Positions 26,597 to 32,000 of a stretch of DNA of 32,000 nucleotides are shown piece after piece. Numbering within the stretch: the first letter of the stretch is position 1; each line of letters opens with the position of its first letter. Where the stretch lies: contig NC_010296.1 of NCBI RefSeq assembly GCF_000010625.1, forward strand, positions 2,550,001 to 2,582,000. The letters run 5' to 3'. Under the pieces are notes generated by a model that was given only the letters and a program-made list of their open reading frames with translations, ran no database searches and was not told where the DNA came from. The stretch comes from Microcystis aeruginosa NIES-843 (lineage in GTDB: Bacteria; Cyanobacteriota; Cyanobacteriia; Cyanobacteriales; Microcystaceae). A program made the position numbers and the translations under genes.

Positions 26597-27277
26597 ATGA
26601 AAATACTTATTGTTGACGATGAAAAAGAATTAACCGAACCCTTAGAACAAATTCTTGCTCAAGAAGGCTATGAAGTTGATATTGCTGATAATGGTCGGAC
26701 GGGTTTAGAATTGGCACAAGAGAATAATTATGACCTCTTAATTCTCGATTGGATGTTACCCCAGCAATCCGGATTACAAATCTGTCAATATTTACGCAAT
26801 CAAGGGGACACCACTCCCGTTTTGTTTCTAACCGCTAAGGATACCATAGACGATCGAGTGGCGGGATTAGATGCCGGTGCTGATGATTATTTAGTCAAAC
26901 CCTTTCAACTGCGAGAATTATTAGCGAGAGTCCGCGCTTTATTGCGTCGTTCTCCCAATTTTGAAGCTAGTAATAGCAGTAAATTAAAATCTGCTGATTT
27001 AGAACTCGATAGCGAAAATCAAGTGGCCTATCGTCACGGTCGCACGATCAGTTTATCAGCAAAAGAAGTACAATTGTTGACTTTATTTATGACCCATCCT
27101 GGTCAACTTCTCACCCATGAACAAATTTATCAGCATCTCTGGTCAGAAGGAGAGCAACCTAATAGTAATGTGGTTCCTGCCCTGATGCGTTTGCTGCGTC
27201 GTAAAATCGAAGCGGCCGGAGAAACACCTCTAATTAATACTGTCTATGGGAAGGGCTACCGTTTCGGGGAAAATTAG
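26597..27277 (+). CDS. OmpR-family response regulator (receiver plus winged-helix DNA-binding domain)
   Basis: Start moved to ATG 26597 (MKILIVDDEKE). Acceptor Asp in LLILDWMLP, then LTAKD and YLVKPF. The C-terminal wHTH ends TVYGKGYRF. 226 aa. Confidence 0.9.
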   Translation: MKILIVDDEKELTEPLEQILAQEGYEVDIADNGRTGLELAQENNYDLLILDWMLPQQSGLQICQYLRNQGDTTPVLFLTAKDTIDDRVAGLDAGADDYLVKPFQLRELLARVRALLRRSPNFEASNSSKLKSADLELDSENQVAYRHGRTISLSAKEVQLLTLFMTHPGQLLTHEQIYQHLWSEGEQPNSNVVPALMRLLRRKIEAAGETPLINTVYGKGYRFGEN

Positions 27278-27300
27278 GGAATGCTGAAAGATAATGAGAA

Positions 27301-27491
27301 TAAGTAACTGGTTATAATTAAATTAAAAATGGATTTTAGGTTCGATCCCCCCTGCCCCCCTTAATAAGGGGGGTGCCGATAGGCGGGGGGATCCCCCCTT
27401 AATAAGGGGGGTGCCGATAGGCGGGGGGATCCCCCCTTAATCCCCCCTTAATAAGGGGGGTGTCTGATAATTTTTAACGCCTACCTACTTA
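27301..27491 (+). mobile_element. MITE family C copy with an internally amplified G6/C6 palindrome block
   Basis: Family C termini. A 38-bp unit CCCCCCTTAATAAGGGGGGTGCCGATAGGCGGGGGGAT is repeated twice (27355-27430), followed by a third palindrome at 27442-27460. Confidence 0.75.
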
Positions 27492-27495
27492 GCAA

Positions 27496-27523
27496 CTGAT
27501 TACCGATTACTGATTACTGATAT
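27496..27523. repeat. Heptamer array CTGATTA/CCGATTA x4
   Basis: Read directly. The array ends at the base immediately before the recN ATG (27524). Confidence 0.88.
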
Positions 27524-29251
27524 ATGTTATCCTGCCTACAAATTGAAAATTTTACCCTCATCGATCGCTTAGAATTAACTTTCGGGAACGGATTAAATGT
27601 ACTGACCGGTGAGACGGGGGCAGGAAAATCAATTATATTAGATGCGATCGATATTGTTCTCGGGGGTAAAGTCAATCATCGCGTCATCCGTCAGGGAAGC
27701 CAACAATCAACCCTAGAAGCGACTTTTTCTCTAACTCCAGAATTAATTGCTTGGCTAGAAAGTCAGGAAATTGACCTATTAGAGGATAATAGTCTGACCA
27801 TTAGCAGGGAATTAGTGATTACTAATAATTCCTTGCGTTCTCGTTCTCGGATTAACGGAGTCGTCGCTAATCGCCAACAAATGGCGCAAATAAGAGATTT
27901 TTTGGTAGAAATCACCGCCCAAGGTCAAACAGTTCAGTTAATGGACGCTAATCGACAGAGGGAATTATTAGATCTCTACGGGGGTGAATCGCTGCTGCGG
28001 CAGCGGGAAAAGGTAGCCACAGCCTACCTTAACTGGCAAGAAAGCAAGAATATTTTAAATAATAGGTTGCAATCGGAACAAAATCGCCTACAGAGATTAG
28101 ATTTATTAGAATATCAACTAAAAGAACTAGAATCAGCTAATTTAACTGACGCTGACGAGTTGGAACAGTTGGAACAGGAAAGAAACCGACTCTCCCACGC
28201 TGTCGATTTGCAAAATTCCAGCTATCAAGTCTATCAACTACTCTACCAAAACGATCGCGATCAACCGGCCGTCGCCGATTTGTTAGGAAAAGCTGAAAAT
28301 ATCTTGACAAATATGATGGTTTATGATACAAGTTTAGAGCCAATTTTAGAGATGGTGCGATCGGCATTAAATCAGGTGGTGGAAGCGGGACAGGAAATCA
28401 ACGTTTATGGGGATAGTCTAGAGGCAGATCCCGAGAGATTGAACGAGATAGAAGAGAGAATTGTCCAACTTAAGCGCATTTGTCGCAAGTATGGCCCAAG
28501 TTTAGCCGAAGCGCTCGATTATTATCAGAAATTACAGCAGGAATTAGCGGAGTTGACGGGAGAAGGACAATCCATTGAAGAATTAGAAAAAATTTGTCAG
28601 CAACAGGAAAACATCTATCGAGAAACTAGCACCCAGTTGACCTTTTTGCGACAAGAAACCGCTAGTCAACTAGAAAAACAATTGGTACAGGAATTAAAAC
28701 CTTTAGCCATGGAAAAGGTGATTTTTGTCTGTCGGATTGCCCCGGGTAATCCTAGCAGTCTGGGAGTCGATCAAGTGGTATTTTATTTTAGTCCCAATCC
28801 AGGGGAAAAAATCCAACCTTTATCCAGTACCGCTTCCGGAGGAGAAATGAGTCGTTTTCTCCTAGCGTTAAAGTCCTGTTTTTCCCAATCCCAATCGGCA
28901 GCGGCAACCCTAATTTTTGATGAAATCGATGCGGGAGTATCGGGAAAAGTTGCCCAGGCAATTGCCGATAAATTAGATCAATTAGGTCAACAATATCAAG
29001 TTTTGTGCGTTACCCATCAACCTTTAGTGGCTGCTTTAGCTGATCACCATTTTCGAGTTTATAAACAAATGATTGCCGAAGATAATCCCACTAATCTCTC
29101 GGAAATTCGCACGGTTGTCCGGGTTACTTCTCTTGATAATCGTCAGACGAGAAGGGAAGAATTGGCACAATTAACGGGAGGAAATTCGGCAGCAGATGCC
29201 ATCGCTTTTGCCGAGTCTTTATTGGAGAAAGCGGCTGCCAAAAAACAGTAA
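27524..29251 (+). CDS. recN: DNA repair protein RecN
   Basis: Walker A GETGAGKSI, a long central coiled coil, the SMC-type signature SGGEMSR and Walker B LIFDEIDAG. 575 aa. Confidence 0.93.
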   Translation: MLSCLQIENFTLIDRLELTFGNGLNVLTGETGAGKSIILDAIDIVLGGKVNHRVIRQGSQQSTLEATFSLTPELIAWLESQEIDLLEDNSLTISRELVITNNSLRSRSRINGVVANRQQMAQIRDFLVEITAQGQTVQLMDANRQRELLDLYGGESLLRQREKVATAYLNWQESKNILNNRLQSEQNRLQRLDLLEYQLKELESANLTDADELEQLEQERNRLSHAVDLQNSSYQVYQLLYQNDRDQPAVADLLGKAENILTNMMVYDTSLEPILEMVRSALNQVVEAGQEINVYGDSLEADPERLNEIEERIVQLKRICRKYGPSLAEALDYYQKLQQELAELTGEGQSIEELEKICQQQENIYRETSTQLTFLRQETASQLEKQLVQELKPLAMEKVIFVCRIAPGNPSSLGVDQVVFYFSPNPGEKIQPLSSTASGGEMSRFLLALKSCFSQSQSAAATLIFDEIDAGVSGKVAQAIADKLDQLGQQYQVLCVTHQPLVAALADHHFRVYKQMIAEDNPTNLSEIRTVVRVTSLDNRQTRREELAQLTGGNSAADAIAFAESLLEKAAAKKQ

Positions 29252-29254
29252 GAT

Positions 29255-29896
29255 TTAACCTTGAAATTGACTGATTAACCAACGTCCCACCTGACTTTGA
29301 TCTCTGGTGCGTGCCTGTTGTAAAGCTGACTCTAAAACCGCAAGTTTTAAATTAGGTAAAACCTTTGATATATCAATTCTTTTGCTACCTCGATCGATTA
29401 TTTCAAAAGCGAATATTTGAGGATCATCTACCTTAACACTCCAATATTCACTAACTCCTAATTCTTCATAGAGTAAGCGTTTATTGCCTAAGTCATCATT
29501 GAGGGTAGATTTTGAGATTTCAATGACTAAATCTGGTGGGGGATACTGATTTAAATCAATCATCGAAGTACCGTAGGGAATCAGATTAGCTTTCTCTGCA
29601 AAATAATAAGATATATCCGGTTGGACTTCTCGATAACCAGACCTGCGAAAACTGCAATTATCTTTGGCATTAAAGGCCAGATTTTTTAGGGTAGCATAGA
29701 GACTAACAGCGAAGATCAAAATAGCATGATCGCTGGCATGATCGTTACCAATAGGAGTCATTTCTAATCGATAATAGCCATTGTAATAATAACTTTTTCC
29801 TTTATTTTCTGGTAAGTTTTTAATTGCTTCTAAGTATTCTTCCCAACTAGCTTTAATCCATAAATCTGTCGAGATAGTAGTTTCTAGCTGTTGCAT
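29255..29896 (-). CDS. Uma2-family (DUF820) PD-(D/E)xK endonuclease-like protein, paralog 1
   Basis: 213 aa. QPDISYY and DLVIEISK form a PD...ExK-like motif. The YYYNGYYRLEM N-terminal pattern is typical of Uma2. Confidence 0.85.
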   Translation of the reverse strand: MQQLETTISTDLWIKASWEEYLEAIKNLPENKGKSYYYNGYYRLEMTPIGNDHASDHAILIFAVSLYATLKNLAFNAKDNCSFRRSGYREVQPDISYYFAEKANLIPYGTSMIDLNQYPPPDLVIEISKSTLNDDLGNKRLLYEELGVSEYWSVKVDDPQIFAFEIIDRGSKRIDISKVLPNLKLAVLESALQQARTRDQSQVGRWLISQFQG

Positions 29897-29920
29897 AATC
29901 TTAGCCTCGATTTTATTGGG

Positions 29921-30562
29921 TTAACCTTGAAATTGAGTGATTAACCAACGTCCCACCTGACTTTGATCCTTGCTGCGTGCCTGTTGTAAAGCTGACTCTA
30001 AAACCGCAAGTTTTAAATTAGGTAAAACCTTTGATATATCAATTCTTTTGCTACCTCGATCGATTATTTCAAAAGCGAATATTTGAGGATCATCTACCTT
30101 AACACTCCAGTATTCACTAACCCCTAATTCTTCGTAGAGTAAGCGTTTATTACCTAAGTCATCATTGAGGGTAGATTTTGAGATTTCAATGACTAAATCT
30201 GGTGGAGGATACTGATTTAAATCAATAATCGAAGTCCCATTTGGTATCAGATTCGCTTTCTCTCCTAGATAGTAAGATATATCTGGCTGCACTTCTCTAA
30301 TTCCTCTTTTGCGATAGGAACAAGTAGGGAGTCCTTGAAAAGGAATTTCTTTGAGGATAGCGTAGAGACTCACCCCCAAAAAGACAACATGATGATCTCT
30401 AGCGTGTTCAAATCCAATAGGAGTCATTTCTAATCGATAATAGCCATTGTAATAATAACTTTTTCCTTGATTCTCTGGGAAGTTTTTAATTGCTTCTAAG
30501 TATTCTTCCCAACTACCTTTAATCCATGAGTCAGTTATCCCCCTAGTTTCTAGCTGTTGCAT
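29921..30562 (-). CDS. Uma2-family (DUF820) PD-(D/E)xK endonuclease-like protein, paralog 2
   Basis: 213 aa with the same motifs. It is offset exactly 666 nt from paralog 1. Confidence 0.85.
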   Translation of the reverse strand: MQQLETRGITDSWIKGSWEEYLEAIKNFPENQGKSYYYNGYYRLEMTPIGFEHARDHHVVFLGVSLYAILKEIPFQGLPTCSYRKRGIREVQPDISYYLGEKANLIPNGTSIIDLNQYPPPDLVIEISKSTLNDDLGNKRLLYEELGVSEYWSVKVDDPQIFAFEIIDRGSKRIDISKVLPNLKLAVLESALQQARSKDQSQVGRWLITQFQG

Positions 30563-30683
30563 AGTTATCCTATCCCGCTTTGAACTTTTTCTCTAATTAT
30601 AGCAATTATTGCTTAAATCAGAACCAGGGAACTGAGCAAGTATAATGATAGAATAGATTAATTGAGAAAAAATTAGCCCAATT

Positions 30684-31841
30684 ATGACCACAACTTATGA
30701 TTACATAATTATCGGTGGTGGTATCACCGGTTCTGCCTTAAGTTATGAACTAGCTAACCTAGGCAGTCGAGTCCTCTTATTAGAAAAAGAAACCCATCCC
30801 CTCAACGCCACTTTCTACAGTTACGGGGGTTTAGCCTATTGGTCGGCCACCACAGAAATCCAGAGAAAATTATATCAAGAAGGTCGAGAAATTCAGCGCA
30901 ATTTATCGCAGGAATTGGGCATAGATAACGAATACCGGGACATAGAGCTAATTCTCACCGTGAACCCTGAAGATGACCCAGCCACTGTGGCCGAAAAATT
31001 TGCTATCTTTGCTATTACTCCCGAAATTCTCGATCCGCAAGCAGCGATCGCTTTAGAACCCCTATTAAATCCCGCAGCTATCTCCGGAGTTTTACGACTG
31101 CCCCACGGTCACATTGACGCCGAAAAAACTAATCTTGCCTATCAACAAGCTTTTCTGCGTCTAGGAGGCAAGATTATTCGGGAAGCTGTCATCGAATTAA
31201 TTGAAACTGCATCGAGAATTACCGGCGTAAAAACTCCTAAAAATAATTATTCTGCTGGGGAAACAATCGTCTGTGCCGGGGGATTAACCCGGTCTTTACT
31301 GCAAAAATCCGGTATTGCTGCTCCCGTCTATTTTACCCATGCCCAGGTGATCAAAATTCCCCCCACTGAGATCAAATTAAACACCCTAGTTATGCCCGCA
31401 ATTGCTGCTAGATTGCTATTAGAGCAAAAAATCACCCAACTAGAAAAGCAGGGCATTTGGCAGAGAGAAACCCCAGAAATAATTGCCAGTGTTTTAGAAA
31501 CGGGAGCGGTACAATTCCGGGATCAAAGTCTTTATCTAGGGCAAATTAGCGCCATTATCACCGATCCAGATGCGATTTTAAACCCTCTGGCCGGGGAAAA
31601 AGCAATCCGCACCGCCGTGGGGACATTGCTGCCCTCTTTAGCCTCTCTCCCCGGCAGCTGTCATCATTGTCTAGTGGCCTTTGCTCCCTCGGGACGGCCT
31701 CTAGTGGGAGCGATCGCCGATAAACTGGGATTGCAGGTATTTTCTGGTTTTACCAGTACACTTGTATCGGCTCCGCCCCTGGCCCGACGTTTTGCGCGTC
31801 ATCTGCTCGGGGAAAATGACGAGATAATTAGGGTTTGCTGA
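30684..31841 (+). CDS. FAD-dependent oxidoreductase (DAO / glycine oxidase-like)
   Basis: N-terminal dinucleotide-binding motif YDYIIIGGGITGSALSYELA...LLEK. 385 aa. The last 4 codons and the stop lie inside a MITE terminus. Confidence 0.82.
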   Translation: MTTTYDYIIIGGGITGSALSYELANLGSRVLLLEKETHPLNATFYSYGGLAYWSATTEIQRKLYQEGREIQRNLSQELGIDNEYRDIELILTVNPEDDPATVAEKFAIFAITPEILDPQAAIALEPLLNPAAISGVLRLPHGHIDAEKTNLAYQQAFLRLGGKIIREAVIELIETASRITGVKTPKNNYSAGETIVCAGGLTRSLLQKSGIAAPVYFTHAQVIKIPPTEIKLNTLVMPAIAARLLLEQKITQLEKQGIWQRETPEIIASVLETGAVQFRDQSLYLGQISAIITDPDAILNPLAGEKAIRTAVGTLLPSLASLPGSCHHCLVAFAPSGRPLVGAIADKLGLQVFSGFTSTLVSAPPLARRFARHLLGENDEIIRVC

Positions 31842-32000
31842 AAAAGTTTTTCGTGGGGACAGGGTGTGGGGTGTGGGGTGTGGGGTGTAGGTTTTTACCC
31901 ATTTTCATCTGGTAAATTACCTAATTTTCAGGGAAAAAGTCCAGGGATTTTCCCCCCGATCCCTCCCAGATCTGGGACTTTTTGATTGACCAAAAGTCTA
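31828..32000 (+). mobile_element. MITE family A copy, running off the window end
   Basis: TTAGGGTTTGCTGAAAAAGTTTTTCGTGGGG, a (GGGTGTG) array at 31862-31890, and the remainder colinear with the reverse complement of 15310-15527. Confidence 0.75.

Overview
This is a chromosomal window from a cyanobacterium. HIP1 palindromes (GCGATCGC) occur at e.g. 1338-1345, 3274-3281 and 5084-5091. Families typical of cyanobacteria are present (DUF1997, REC-DUF3685, DUF29, Uma2). The repeat content suggests a Microcystis-like chroococcalean genome, but I cannot verify that without a database.

I support about 27 CDS. Most are housekeeping genes with clear catalytic motifs: glgC, dusA, tsaD, truB, hisC, ispG, lysS, recN, a HyuB-type hydantoinase/oxoprolinase subunit, a Rieske protein, an alpha/beta hydrolase and an FAD oxidoreductase. 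There are also three response regulators with no histidine kinase nearby, a Fur-family regulator, a patatin-like lipase, two tandem Uma2 endonuclease paralogs, a DUF29 protein and an unassignable secreted Gly-triplet protein. Several ORF-track starts look too long, so I give shorter starts for glgC, hisC, ispG, two response regulators, the transposase and the Gly-rich protein.

Nearly every intergenic spacer is filled with mosaic repeats: STRR-like heptamer arrays, at least three MITE-like families, and one intact IS630-family element inserted into a MITE. I found no rRNA, tRNA or CRISPR array.

I do not see a convincing new multi-gene system such as a defence island or biosynthetic cluster. 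The items most worth a second look are:
- the modular Gly-X-Y / LTL / Cys-rich secreted protein (3198-4619)
- two ORF-free stretches of about 0.8 kb (8096-8952 and 23978-24793)
- repeat termini that supply gene stop codons, and heptamer arrays that form start-codon contexts
- a hairpin with one arm amplified five-fold (6911-7020)
- a G6/C6 multi-hairpin block upstream of recN
- the mosaic tandem Uma2 pair
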